Shown here: positions 49,566 through 62,751 of the stretch, in pieces
Numbering within the stretch: position 1 is the stretch's first letter
Layout: the number at the start of each line of letters is the position of its first letter
Assembly: GCF_006345805.1 (NCBI RefSeq)
Contig: NC_042999.1
Location: 139,996,001 to 140,060,000 of the forward strand
Direction: 5' to 3'
Length of the DNA: 64,000 bases
Source: Octopus sinensis
Lineage: Eukaryota
Position numbers and translations under genes: made by a program
The notes under the pieces: model-generated
The model's input: the letters and a program-made list of their open reading frames with translations, nothing else
Told to the model about the DNA's origin: nothing
Database searches by the model: none

Positions 49566-49650
49566 CGGCTACCTCTGACGAATGCAGGGTTACATAATCG
49601 AATTGTTACCCAACAATCCCTGGCGCGAAACCGATTGGTGAGATCAGCCG
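49566..49650 (+). ncRNA. Decayed type I hammerhead ribozyme candidate
   Basis: CGGCUACCU-CUGACGA-(A)UGCAGGG...CCCUG(G)CGC-GAAA-CC(GAUU)GG-UG-AGAUCAGCCG. All three stems are present, but position 17 is G. Confidence 0.55.
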
Positions 49651-49679
49651 TAATGGATATATAATACTGTACACTTCGG

Positions 49680-49964
49680 ATAATATATATATATATGTGT
49701 GTGTGTATTTATATACATACATATAGATATATATATTTATATATATGTAGGTATGTACATATATGTATGTATATATGCATATATTTATATATTATTTATA
49801 TTATACATATATATATATATATATACATACATATATATAATTATATACATATATATATATTTATATACATATATATATATATACATATATATATTTATAT
49901 ATACATATATATTTATATACACATATATATATTTATATATACATATATATATATAAATATACAT

Positions 49965-49995
<31 letters not shown>

Positions 49996-50020
49996 CAAAT
50001 ATATTTATATTTATATATAG
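49680..50020. repeat. Degenerate (TA)n/(CA)n low-complexity tract
   Basis: Direct reading. Confidence 0.95.
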
Positions 50021-50385
50021 ATAGCATCAATTTTAAAATCCATCCAAGACTTGGCCTCCGCCCACTACAAAAATCAACTCGGTACACATAGTAGTATTAC
50101 GTCACAATTCCTTTACCTCAACTGGTCCAGCTCTCTTTAATACCATACCAAAATGCGTCAAAACGGAAACGAATCCCATAAAATCCAAGTGTTCACTGGA
50201 CAAATTTCTTCAAAAACTCCCAGGCCGACCTCCTACACCCGGTTATGTCTCCAACAATAATAACTCTTTGTTAGAGTGGGCTATGGTGCCCCATATTTGA
50301 CTAAAAAACTTCACCAGGTGGTGCTATTGAGTTAGACATGGCCTGGGCCTATTCTGGCCGAAACCTATCAAAGTTATATATGTAT
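50020..50385 (+). mobile_element. CR1-group LINE 3' end fragment
   Basis: NSFTSTGPALFNTIPKCVK...LDKFLQKLPGRPPTPGY, homologous to the 3' region at about 9120-9300. Confidence 0.7.
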
Positions 50386-50387
50386 GC

Positions 50388-50448
<61 letters not shown>

Positions 50449-50818
50449 ATCATGGCTCGGCTTCGCAAACGTAGATCAGGAAGGCTGTCCACGTCGTGTG
50501 CATGCACGCTAATGTCTGACAAGTCCGATACGGAAAGGCAGATCCGTGAGCAGTGTCCACAGACGAAGGTAACATCCGGTATGGTGTCAGAGGCGGCTCG
50601 CGCCTTCTTCCTGCGTCTCTTGTTTTTAAGCGCATCTCTTCTTTGTTCCTCAAACTCGCTGACTGCGTTGAAGCTCGTGTGACGCTAGACATCACGGTCC
50701 GCAGCCAGGTCTGACCAGCATTGGTGGTCAATACGACATACTCTTAGAGATTTCTCGGAGCTCCTCTCACACGGTTGCCGGTGGAAAGTTCGCCAAACTG
50801 GGCAATCTTATGAAGGCG

Positions 50819-51000
50819 CCATGATAGTTCGTTAGCCACTACACACATTTTTTTCCCTCATTGTTTTCTGTGTCTCTTTCTGTAGAAGTGCGTAGGCTCG
50901 AAACGTAAAAGACTTTTTCTATTCCTGAGCGTTATACTAATACATATGTTTGTTTTGTACACCACCTGTCTTCGTCTTTTGTTTTTTTCGTAAACTCACC
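50819..51000 (+). mobile_element. 182-bp non-coding HHR mini-element inserted in the RTE
   Basis: 16-bp TSD CAATCTTA(T/G)GAAGGCG at 50803-50818 and 51001-51016. RTE reading (RLPKI...) resumes after the insert. Confidence 0.8.
50875..50912 (+). ncRNA. Minimal type I hammerhead ribozyme, one core substitution
   Basis: UCUUU-CUGUAGA-A-GUGC(GUAG)GCUC-GAAA-CG-UA/AAAGA. Stem I is perfect and stem III is palindromic ACGU. A6 is replaced by U and stem II has one mismatch. Confidence 0.65.
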
Positions 51001-54000
51001 CAATCTTAGGAAGGCGATGGTTCTCCATTCTGGAGACATACCCTGCCCATCGGAGGTGGGACTTCAGTAGCATGGCTGGGGATCTCGGCCCGCTCCAAGA
51101 CTTCAATGTTTGTGACGAAGTCACACCCTTGTATGTTGAGGATAGTGCGGAGACATCGCTGGTGGAAGCGCTCGAGGAGACGGATGTGACTGCGGTAATT
51201 GATCCAGTTCTCTGAGCCGTAGAGAAGAGTGGTGAGAACCACGGTCCTGTAGACACTGATCTTTGTTTTGTTCTTCATGTTATTATTGTGCCAAACACGT
51301 TTGTACAATCTGCCAAAGGACCTATTTGCCTTTGAGAGAGTCTATTTTCAATTTCTTTGTCGATCTTTGCATCGAATGAGATGATGCAGCCCAGGTATGT
51401 AAACTGATGTGTTGATTTCAGTTCGGTACCGCAGATAGTGATGTGGGGTGGGCTGTATTCCTCTTGGGGTGTAGGTTGGTGAAGTACCACCGTCTTCTTG
51501 AGGCTGACCTCCAAGCCAAAGAACCGTGAGGCGTCTGCAAAGCAGGACGTGATGCGCTGCAGAGCTCGCTCTGTGTGGGCGATGGGCGACAAGGACAGCG
51601 TCGTTTGCGAAGAGAAGGTCTCGGATCAGCCTCTCCTGGGTCTTGGTGTGGGCTTGGAGGCGCCGTAGATTGAAGAGGCTGCCATCCAGACGATACCTAA
51701 CATATACTCCATCCCCATTCTCCATATCTTCAGTTGCATGCTTGATCATCATGCTGAAGAAGATGCTGAAGAGAGTCGGTGCCAGGACACAACCCTACTT
51801 CACGCCGTTGGAGATGGGGAAGGGCTCCGACAGGTCACCATTGCGTCTGATCTGACCACGCTGATTCTCGTGCAGCTAGATCACCATCTGTAGGAACTTG
51901 GTGAGACAGCCAAGTCGTTATAGGATGAGCCATAGTCCTGTCCTGCTCACTGTGTCAAACGCTTTTGTGAGGTCGACAAAAGTAGCATAGAGACCCCTGT
52001 TTTGTTCTCGGTATTTCTCCTGAAGTTGGCGGAGGACGAACACCGTATCCATCGTGCCTCTGTTGGCTCGGAAGCCACACTGGCTCTCGGGGAGATTTTC
52101 TTCAGCGATGGTTGGTTCGAGCCTATTGAGCAGGATCCTGGCAAGTACTTTGCCGGTGATAGAGAGTAGGATGATTCCTCGGTAGTTGGAGCAGTCAGAC
52201 TTTTCACCCTTGTTCTTGTACAGGGTTATGATGACGGCGTCGCGAAGATCCTGTGGCAGCTTGCTCTGCTCCCAGCAGCAGACAAGAAAATCATGGAGCT
52301 TGTCATGGAGCGTCGGACCTCAATTCTTCCAGATTTCTTGTGGGATGCCGTCAACTCCTGCTGCTTTGCGACTCTTGAGTTGTCCTGTGGCTTCAATCGT
52401 TTCTTCGAGGGTGGGTGGTTCGTTGAGCTCCTCTTTGAGTGGAAGTTGAGGAATGCAATGGATGGCAGCGTCCTGTACGGTACGGTTAGCACTGAAGAGG
52501 CTTTGGAAGTGCTCGGACCAGTGAGCGAGGATGTAGGTGCTATCGGTGAGGAAGTACTGTCCATCTGCACTGCGTAGGGGACTCTGAACCAGGTGGGTGG
52601 GGCCACACACTGCTTTCAGAGCCTCATAGAAGCCTCTATAGTCTCCGAGGTCAGCGCACAGCTGGGTTCTCCACGCCAAGTGCTCCCACCACTCGTTCTG
52701 CATTTCTTTGAGTTTTCGCTGTAGGGTGCTGCATGCGCGTCGAAAGGTAGTTTCTTTACAAGACAGACTGGTTGTGCGAGGTGGGCCTGATGAGCTACTC
52801 TCTTCCTTGCTAGTAATTCCTGAATCTCTTGTCATTTTCATCGAACCAGTCCTTCTTTTTCTTCTTTGTGTGCCCGAGAACTTCCATAAATGTCTTAAGG
52901 ATGGCTGATTTCAGGTTCTCCCACAAGGTGTCTGGGGTGGTGTCATCAGTGCAGGGGAATTCGTCTAGTCTTTACTGCAGGTCTGCTTGGAACTTGATTT
53001 TCACTTCCTCCTGGCACAAGCTGTCGACGTTGAGTTTCTTTACGGAGTTACCTTTCTTCTTGGGTTTGGGTTTGAACTGCAGTTTGAGCTTGCAGCAGAC
53101 AAGGCGATGGTCGGTGTGGCACTCTGCACTGGACATCACTCTTGTGTGTAGAACGTCTTTCAGGTCCCGCTGGCGCACAAGTACATAGTCAAGTAGATGC
53201 TAATGTTTGGACCGGGGATGCATCCAAGTTGTTTTCAGACGGTCTTTCTGTTGGAAGATTGTGTTGGTAATAGCAAGTTGGTGCTCTGTGCAGAACTCGA
53301 GCAGGAGGTGCCCGTTGTCATTACAGCCACCAACGCCGTGTCTTCTAAGGAATCCTTTCCAAGCCTCAGAGTCCCTCCCAACTCTTGCGTTGAAGTCGCC
53401 AAGGATCAGGACCTTGTCGTTTGCAGGGGTGTTGTTCAAGAGTCTGCACAGATCAGAATAGAAGCTGTCTTTGTCCGCAGGATCTGCCAGTAGAGTTGGA
53501 GCATAAATACTGAAGAGCATGAGATGTTGTTTGCTCTCTGGTGGTAGGCGCATGGATATGATGCGGTCCGAGTGGCCCGTGGGTAACGTTTCCAGTTTGG
53601 AGGTGATGGAATTCCTCACCATGAGTCCTACACCCGACACACGTTTTTCAGATGATGGTTTCCCGGACCAGAAGAGGGTGTAGCCAGCGCCGCGTTCTTT
53701 GAGGCTGCCCTAGTCAGCGAAGCGGACCTCGCTGAGAGCTGCTATGTCAATGTTGAGACGGGATAGTTCATGGGCTATAAGAGCCGAACGACGTTCCGGG
53801 TGGCTGCTGTCAGACTTGTCAAGTATGGTCCTGACATTCCAGCAGGCAGTGCTCTCCCTAAATAGGGCTGCCCGGTCACTCAGGATACTGCCGAGTGGTG
53901 TCGTCGCCTCCTGGTCGACAACCAGGTGACCAAAGTCCTGAGCCACCTACATGTAGGGTCGAGACTACGGATTCCAGTGACATCTTCCACCTGCCGCTTT

Positions 54001-55014
54001 CGCCCCTTTGCCATCGCTGCAGGGCTTTTAGGATGGCTGGTCACAGAACGTGGACATACCCTTTGGCCTGCGCTAGGGAGTTTTAAGGTGAAGTGCAATG
54101 TGCGCAAACTGGCCCCACCCTTTAAACACGAGGTTCATCTGCCATGGCCTAGCGAGCTGGAACGGTGACAGCGAGATCCTCTGGCCGTAGGTTTGAAGTC
54201 GGAGTTACCCTCTCCGAGGAAGGTTGCCGACCATGGCTGACGAGCCTCTCCTGCTCGTGCCATCCAAACCATAGCGAAAGAGGGAAAAAGATCAATGGTT
54301 TTCAGTAGGCGTATACTACCCGGTTGCCTAGACCGGAGTAGGGGGTTAGCTTAGGAGACCCCAGTCGGAGCCTTTGACTAAAAAGTCTATCCACAAGGCA
54401 GCAGAGCAAGATCAGGGAGTCGCACCCATTGGTAGACGATGACGAGTAAACTAGTTCATACGCCATTGCTTGGTCATTAACCAAACTGGGGTCCCAATGA
54501 TCACGAAATTCCATTTGTGCCGTTGACCAAATGGTTCTTCCGCCACTTCTGGTATATAATGCCTCGGCTGAGACAAGGGACAGTGACAATACAATATGTA
54601 CATTTTATACACACACACACACACAGACAGAGTTTAAAATGCAATGCAATACATACAATGCACACACACACACACAATTACGGCAGTTCTAAGGTTTTGA
54701 GGAATGTGGAATCACCTTTCAGCCACTATTGTTATAGCAGATCAGATCAGACCCGGAGGAATGGATTAATTATCACATGATCCTCTAGTTCTCGTTAGAA
54801 CTTCCTTCTTGAAGGTAAACTCGCATATGAAAAAAAAAATTGAAATAGTCGGTTTCTGGCCGTCTCAACCTCTGTTGTACCATTGGTTTTATAGCTGATT
54901 GCGGTGAAGTGGGTTCAGTGCTGTGCAACACTTTAACAAATTAACGCACAGGAACTTCTCGGACTCTTGGAACTTAATGAATTTAGGAAATGGTCTAAGT
55001 TGATTTCCACTATA

Positions 55015-55040
55015 TATATGTGTGTGTGTGTATGAATGTA

Positions 55041-55092
<52 letters not shown>

Positions 55093-55300
55093 GGTAAAGA
55101 CCCCCTTCAGTCATGAATGACTATGAGATTTCACCTAAAAAGTTTCCCTCCAAGACACAAGTCTGGGCAAAGTTGTTTATGGAGGATCAACAGTCGCCCA
55201 TGCATACATACATTCATACATACATACATACATACATACGTACATACAAGCATGCATGCATGCATGCATACATACATACATACATACATACATACACGTG
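55015..55300. repeat. (GT)n and (TACA)n tracts flanking a SINE fragment (about 55090-55205)
   Basis: Direct reading; the fragment assignment is from family resemblance. Confidence 0.7.
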
Positions 55301-56437
55301 TGTATGTGGATGTACGTCTCTATGTATATGCTTATGTATGGGTATATGTGTATTCTTGTAATGAAACATTCCCTATTTAAGCAAAAAAAAAAACCGCTTT
55401 CAAACGAGAAAATCTGTGTCACTTTTTTGTGATAAGCTAATTATTAAAGTGGAAAAATAATCAGAAAAGCATTTTCTATTCATTGTTTTTTTGCGTACGT
55501 ACACGTATACATGTATTATACATATATGCATACATTTAGAGAGAAGAAAGTGTGTGTGTTTGCGAGGGAGAGATCAGCAAACTAGAATGCTATCGACACA
55601 TGCATCAGCCGAGTAGACGGAGAAATATCGAGAGAGATGGAAGAAAATGTAAGAGTGGAAGAGAAGTAGTGATGTGAATGAGTACGTGAGAGTAATAAGA
55701 GGGAGCAAAAAGCGAAAGGGGATAGGGATATAAAGAGCCGGCTTTTCCAATATATACAACAGGTAATTGCAAATCAGACGAAGTCCTTCGTCACATATAG
55801 ACGCATATATCTGTGTATACAGGTGTCGAGTTGTATCTAATTGTATGTTAACAATAATTCACAGGTTCTGAGTTCAAATCTACTTCAGATACCAGATTAT
55901 CTTTGAAAAGTCAAAAGAACCTATCATCTATAATGCATACTTGTGATTATGAAAGGTCAAGTGACTCTTTTTACCGCACATAATATGTGAGATAATAGCT
56001 ATCTTTTAATGTATGAGCGTGTTTCAGTGACATATTACCTTGTTACATTCTATTTTCTGTTATATATTTATGTGTTATATACCTCATTTTTAAACTGAAA
56101 TACGTACTAACGGAGGTGCTTCTAAGTGGTCGATCGATCAGCTAGAAATAGCAACCGAATCTCCCTCAAATTTCATCATACCGTATTAAAAACTGAAAAG
56201 CCATTTAATAATGTAGTTCTTAATACTCATAAGATGGAGGGGTTGTCATAGCTGGAATACTTTTGATCACAGTCTACTCGATTAGGTTTAAGCAACAACA
56301 ATAACAACAACAACAACAACACATTGAAATATATATATATATAAATCATTGGGTGAAATGTAATTCCTTATTTAAAGTCTCATTTTGCTTCCCACCATCT
56401 CTACATTTGTTACTTCTCGTTGTTTTTCTACCATTAG

Positions 56438-56784
56438 TCTCCCGGGGTTAAGATAACTTCCAACCCGGCCGATAGTCCTCAGCATCCATGTTTCAGACAA
56501 AGTACCATCGCTATCACCACCACCGACAATGAAATATGAAGAAATACGCTGAGATTCCAAATAACATGCAGCAGTCTGTCTACCCACCCACCTACTCACG
56601 TCATCCTCACAAACACAACCTCTGCTCTGTCTCAGTGTCACTTTGTTACTCCTTCATCACGTGGTGCCTCCCCCATTCAGTCACTACTGATTATAGTAGT
56701 AGTAGTAGTAGTCGTAGTAACTACTACTATTACAACCACCACCACTCATTCGATCGGTCCTCACCTACCTCCGCTATTACCGTG
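56438..56784 (+). CDS. Candidate 5' exon of an unidentified gene (ATG at 56536 possible, or 5' UTR with uORFs)
   Basis: Pyrimidine tract and AG at 56436-56437, consensus donor GTGAGT at 56785, unique sequence, 83-codon open frame up to the donor. Confidence 0.4.
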
Positions 56785-58098
56785 GTGAGTCTGTGGGTGT
56801 GGAATAGTAAGTAGCTGATAAACTCGTAATGTTTGCTGTTCGGCAGCATCAAAAGAAAGAACCTGCTGGTTCCCAGATTTTATAGTCTGGTTAGAGCATC
56901 TGCATCACCATCACCATCACGAAATAACATACATCCTTGCTAGCTGCCATCCATTTACACATACTCCAATATTTACACTTATTTTTACGTAAAACTTTAT
57001 CAATGTTCCCTCATCTGAAAAGATAACGCTCCAAAAAGAATTCATTCAAAATAAGACATTCACTTCGTCCATCACTGCTTTCGCAAGTCCTGCAGAATTT
57101 TTCTTTGAAATTTCATATTTACATTTTAAAATATATAATCTTGCAACAAACTTTATTCTCTTGGAACGCGAACTCTCATATCAAGGTTTTACGTGCAGTT
57201 TTTATTAGTTGGTTTATTATTTTCATAGTTAAATGTTGTTTTCTTCTTACCTTTTACGTGTGCGAACAGCGATAGAAGATACATCATTTTGAGAGGAGAC
57301 AGAAACGGGAAAACCTTCTAATTTACCAACTCTAAGAAATCAAACAACACAGACTGTGATTTAATCGAAAAGAAAGCAAATAACAACAACAAAAAAGAAG
57401 ATACAAGATCAGTGTCTCTGATATGATGGGAATAAATAACACCGAAATATTTCATTTGTATTCTGAGTTTTCAGAATCACTTCACCTTAGATTTCCATTT
57501 AATACACACATGAATCATTATCATACTTCTCTGTCACATTTCCCAGTAACACATTTATATAAATAATCTAACCACACAGCCAGTTGCTCTATGTTGCACA
57601 ACTTTCTAAGCGCAACAAACTCAATGTGACACGTCTGATATTACAAACTGCCGTTAACTATCTCTCTGATACATTCTGTCTTTCTATGCAACAACCCTCT
57701 CCCTTTCTTTTGCCTCTGTAATAACTGTTACAATTCTATGTAACTGCATTATGTGCTCAGCAAATTTACTTCAAGGGAGTTTTGCTTCTCATCAATATTC
57801 AGTCGATACACTTTCAATTAATGGACTTTTTAAAAGATTTTTTTCATCTACCAGCACTCTTGATTTTACTTTTGTAAACTGGAATTAAGTGAAGGAAGAA
57901 AGAATATTTACTAGAAAAATAAAGAAATAAAACGAGAAAGCAGATTTAGGTGCCGTCCAATAATCAATTTAAACAGAGCAAGAGGCGAATGTTATTACCG
58001 AAACAAGGAAGAAATACACGTATTAATAACTGACCCCACAAATTTTTCCTTCTCCATCCCACTCTTACGGGTACACACACACGCAAGTGTGTGTGCGC

Positions 58099-58137
<39 letters not shown>

Positions 58138-58846
58138 TATTCAAACTCTGTGGTATTCTTGATATTGTCTAAAGACGAGAGAACAGGTAATTCAGTTCTC
58201 TCTGTCTGAATATTATATATATATATATATATATAAATATACCACACTCTACTGTCACTTTGTGTCATCATGATGCACCACCGACTACTAAATACTATTA
58301 TCTCACCTTATGATTATCATCATCTTCATCATCATATATCGACTACTTGGTAAAATTACCTATGTAATAATAACCAATTACGAATATAACAAAAGACAAC
58401 AAAAAGTACCATTACTAAAAATTCAATGTATAACAACGAATTAGTTTATTAATAGGATATACAGACACACATATTTGCTTTTATACTCGTACGCACGCAC
58501 ATACATGTATAAAAATATCTATATATAGACGGATATCAATATTGTTGTGTATGTGTGTATGCGCGAAGTGAAATGCAGGTGTGTGTTTTCATCACTGACA
58601 TCAAGCAATGCAGATACATTAACTGAAAACTAAAAATAACCCACAAAACGACGTCTGTTTTTATTTGTGGCAAGTTCGAGGTTTCATATTGATGCACCTG
58701 TCTGTTACATATTGATGCAAAATTAATTTGCATCCTTACCACAGAAGCTTGTACCGTGTATTTTTGCTATAACTTTTATGTTTTTTCCTCATTGTTTAGA
58801 TTAGTTTTTTTTTTTCTTCTTTTTGTTACCCCCATATGTCGAACAG

Positions 58847-59020
58847 ACATAGTTTGGCCACTTTGACTGAAATCTGGAGTAAACATCAGAATGTTTCATC
58901 AAGTCCCCGTAGTAGTGGACAACACTACGCAAACCGGGTCTCCTCCACCTTCACCAATCTCATCGGTTCTAGTAGCAGCATCCACTCCGACACACCGCAG
59001 CAACAAGGATCACTGCAGAC
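58847..59020 (+). CDS. Candidate 174-nt exon of an unidentified gene
   Basis: Long polypyrimidine tract plus CAG acceptor and consensus donor GTAAGT at 59021. One frame is open throughout (phase 2/2). An alternative ATG at 58891 is open to the donor (phase 1). Confidence 0.55.
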
Positions 59021-59226
59021 GTAAGTGTGGTACCATTTATTTATTTATATATATTTATTTTTTACTAACAAATCCCGCCGAGATCATCTTTGCCTTTTAT
59101 CTTTTCGATAAAATAAAGTATTAGTCAAGCACTTGGTTGATGTAATCGACAACCCCCTCTCTCCAAGTTGCCGGTTTTATGCCTGAAATTGAAAGATCAT
59201 CATCATCCTCATCCTGATCATCATCA

Positions 59227-59269
<43 letters not shown>

Positions 59270-59270
<1 letters not shown>

Positions 59271-59465
59271 AAACAGGGCGTCAGATCAAAGCCTATGCGT
59301 TATTTAGTTATAACCCTTTACATTCTGAATTCAAGTCCCACTGTAGTTGACTTTGCTTCTCAACCTTCTAGTCTCGATTGTATTCAGTAAAGAAATGGGT
59401 TGATGTAATCAAGTAATATACCCCCACCGGCAAATGTATGACATTGTACCTATACTAAAAACCAT
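59270..59465 (+). mobile_element. SINE family A, diverged
   Basis: CATTCTGAATTCAAGTCCC...GTTGACTTTGCTTCTCAACC...GATGTAATC. Confidence 0.6.
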
Positions 59466-59863
59466 TATTGTTATTGCTGCTGCTGCCGCATTTTTTTAAT
59501 TATTTTTATTATCAATCGATTTTTTTTCAGTCAACAGCTTCAAAGGAAACCTGGAAACATGCACTTATACCGGCCCCTAGCTGTCGTAACACCTTTTCAT
59601 TTTGCAGGTGCACATCAGAGTTAGTCCGGATAAACGTTTATTCCACCCGTTTATCGATATAATACACATGTAAACCATGTAACTAAGAAAATGAAGCTTT
59701 TGTATAATGATCTTCATATTTTCCATTTATAGCTATTAATGTTCTACTACATAAAAAAGCACTATCTGACTCACCGTTCCATTTAATACTTACTGTTAAC
59801 AGAACACAAAAGTACAACAGAATAAATACTGTTTTTAATCTAGATTTTTTTTTACCGTTTGGC

Positions 59864-59913
<50 letters not shown>

Positions 59914-60197
59914 GGAGTGTGTGTGTGTATACACAGATGTTTACCTAACTTTGCTCAAAGAGTATGGTTGGTTTTAACATTTTAACAACACTAAAAAGTG
60001 ATGTGTGACACCTTGGCCAAAATGGAATTATATCTGTCGTTAGACATGTATGCACTATAATAAGCAGTCTTATGAGGCCAGTGACTGTCCCTATTTTACC
60101 TTGTGAAAATAAACAGCATAACCTACACTTATGCGTTGAGTACTTCAGATAAAGCTTGATTGGGTATATCTATGTGAAACTCACATCAGTGTATATA

Positions 60198-60230
<33 letters not shown>

Positions 60231-62689
60231 AAGAGAAAGATGCTCAATCAACTGAGCTATACAGGTGTAGGCATGGCTGTGTGGTTTAAAAGTTTGCTTC
60301 CTAACCATATGGGTTTGTGTTGTCTTAATGTGTAGCACCTTGGACAAGCATCTGCTATAGCCCTGACCAAAGCTTTGTGAGTAGATTTGGAGATGGAAAC
60401 TAAATGAAGCCTATTGTATGTGTGTGAATGTATGTTGTCTCTCCTTATCATGACATCATCAGATACTGTCAAACATTTGATGATTTGACTGGATCCAACA
60501 GGTCCATGGACTGCATTGTGTACCAGTGTCTGCTTTAGTATGGTTTCTATGGCTAGATGTCCTTTTCAATGCCAACCACTTTACAGCATGTATTGGATAC
60601 TGATTTCATGCCACCAACTCTAGTAGGGTGGTCATGCAACTTGCAAGACATTGAACCCCAAGTGAAGGGGAGAATGACCTTATGTTAGAAGATGAAGCAT
60701 TAAAGTATGAGAAAAGAAACCAGAGCAGAACAGTTTTTTGTTCTTGTTATTGAGAGGTTACATAGCTACTCACATTTTAGTGAGTATTAAGAGGCTACAT
60801 AGCCTCACATTTTAGAAAAAGAGGATGGTGGGGAACCATTGGGGTGGAGTAGGAAAATATAAAATAGTGGCAATGAAGTGTCTGTGTGGATACTCAAAGG
60901 GAGTAGAAGTGAATAGAGGCAGAACTGTGAGTGTGACTGGGTTGAGGTTGCAAGAGTGTGGAGGCAAGTGAGAGATGGAGAATGGATTAAGGGGTAAATG
61001 TAATGAAGAACAAGTGTTGGGTGGATAAGTTGATGAGGTAGGGAAGAGGAGGTGACAACTGTAGAGATTTGATAGAGTTCACAGGTGAATGTAGTAAATG
61101 GTGGATAAGGGGTAGATGACCAATAATGCTGAGAATGTGTGTGCTGAAGAGCAGCAGAATAGCAATGATGGTACTGTAGACAAGGGAAGGATCAGAGAGA
61201 GAGAGAGATGATGATGGGTGGTTGGGTACAGTGTGAGTGTATGAGAAAGGGAGAGAGAGAGAGAGGCCTGCACAATGTGTGGGGACAATAAGAAATATTG
61301 ATGTAAGATGTGGTTGTAGAGGACAGTATTAAGGATGTGGGATGTATATCAAGTGAAATATTCTGGGTAGTGAGAGAGGTTAATGATAATATGGAAAAGC
61401 TGCAGTTAGAGAAATGAAGGGTGGTGAGGGTGTCTTTGGAGAGGGGTGGGATTGGTTATAAAGATCCAGTTGTGCACACACACACACACACACACACACA
61501 CCGACAGGACTTAGTTTTGCTAGGTTGTGAAGGTCTTCTTGAGAACCACATGTTGCAGTTATACCATACCCTAGTCATCTCCTCCATGATGTTCAAGGTC
61601 CTGAAATCTAGCTCTCACTGCTTTATCTCATCTTCCTGGGTCTCTCTCTTTCACATGTCCATACCAGCACAGTCTTCTTTCTTGCACACTACATCTGATT
61701 CCTCTTATGCCCGATTATCCTCTCAGCACATTTGTACTTTGTCATTTTTGTATACTTGCACTGCACATCCAATGGAGCATACTCAATTCATTTATTTCTA
61801 GTCTTCTCAAGTCCTTTGCATTCAAGGGCTATGTTTCACTATCATGCAGCATTGCAGTTATAATACAAGTGTCAGATAATCTGCCCTTCATTCTGAGAGA
61901 AGAGTCCCTTGTTTCTTGTAGGGTAGAGGAACCTTGAACTGTTGTCTATAGTTACCCTACCCTGCTAATTATGTCTCCTAGGTAACAAAAACTATCACAC
62001 ACACAAATTTGTAGTGCAATATATGGGTTCATATCCATATCACACAATATATGGATTCATATCCTTTATCACACAAAGCTCCTCTAGCAGACTCAGCTAG
62101 CAGGCCACATTGTAATCCAATCTGGAAGAGTATAACGCAGAGTTCCCTGCAGCTGAAATTCAGGAGATCCAATTGATAAAATTATTTCATGAGAAGTGTA
62201 TAAACCATAAAATATCAGGAGGTATGAGAGGTAAATATATTTAACTACTTGTCATCCTTAGGATTACACCCATTTTGCAGCCTTCATCATGTAATAATAA
62301 TTTCAGTGCATATAATGTTTACATATCTGCTGTAACATGCATGTTATGCGTTATATAATTGTATGTTTACAAATCCATGATGCCTGGCTTTTTATGGTTT
62401 ATATACTCTTCATGAAATACTCGCTTTGATCAGATGTCCTGGATTTCAGCTGCATAGAACTCTGTGTGTGTGTGTGTGTGTACGCTAGATAAAACATTTT
62501 TGATAAAGCCAGAACAACTCAAAATGAAATACAAAGTGAACTACAAAAGTGAAAACAGAACAATAGTTGAAGTTTTACCTTGTGTTTTCATGTGACTCCT
62601 TCCTCAAAGCTGTTGTCTTGTTTTCACTTTTGTTGTTTTTTTCATCTAATTCAGCAGCTCACAATGCTTCATCCTAATTCCTAATTATC

Positions 62690-62697
62690 CTATATAT

Positions 62698-62750
<53 letters not shown>
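62690..62750. repeat. (TA)n microsatellite
   Basis: Direct reading. Confidence 0.95.

Positions 62751-62751
<1 letters not shown>

Larger units (their letters stand above)
50440..54590 (-). mobile_element. Near full-length RTE LINE (APE endonuclease + RT), disrupted
   Basis: CWNVRTILD...ERRSALIAHELSRLNIDIAALSEVR, YAPT, ILGDFNARVG, NYRGIILLS, FVDLTKAFD, GVK*GCVLAPTLF, LFAND, LRWAGYVSRM and a C-terminal CGHC. Multiple stops and frameshifts. Confidence 0.95.

Noticed and set aside
54180-54590. HDV-like ribozyme in the RTE 5' UTR
   Set aside because: It is expected for some RTEs, but I could not build a convincing nested double pseudoknot by eye; a descriptor or Infernal search is needed.
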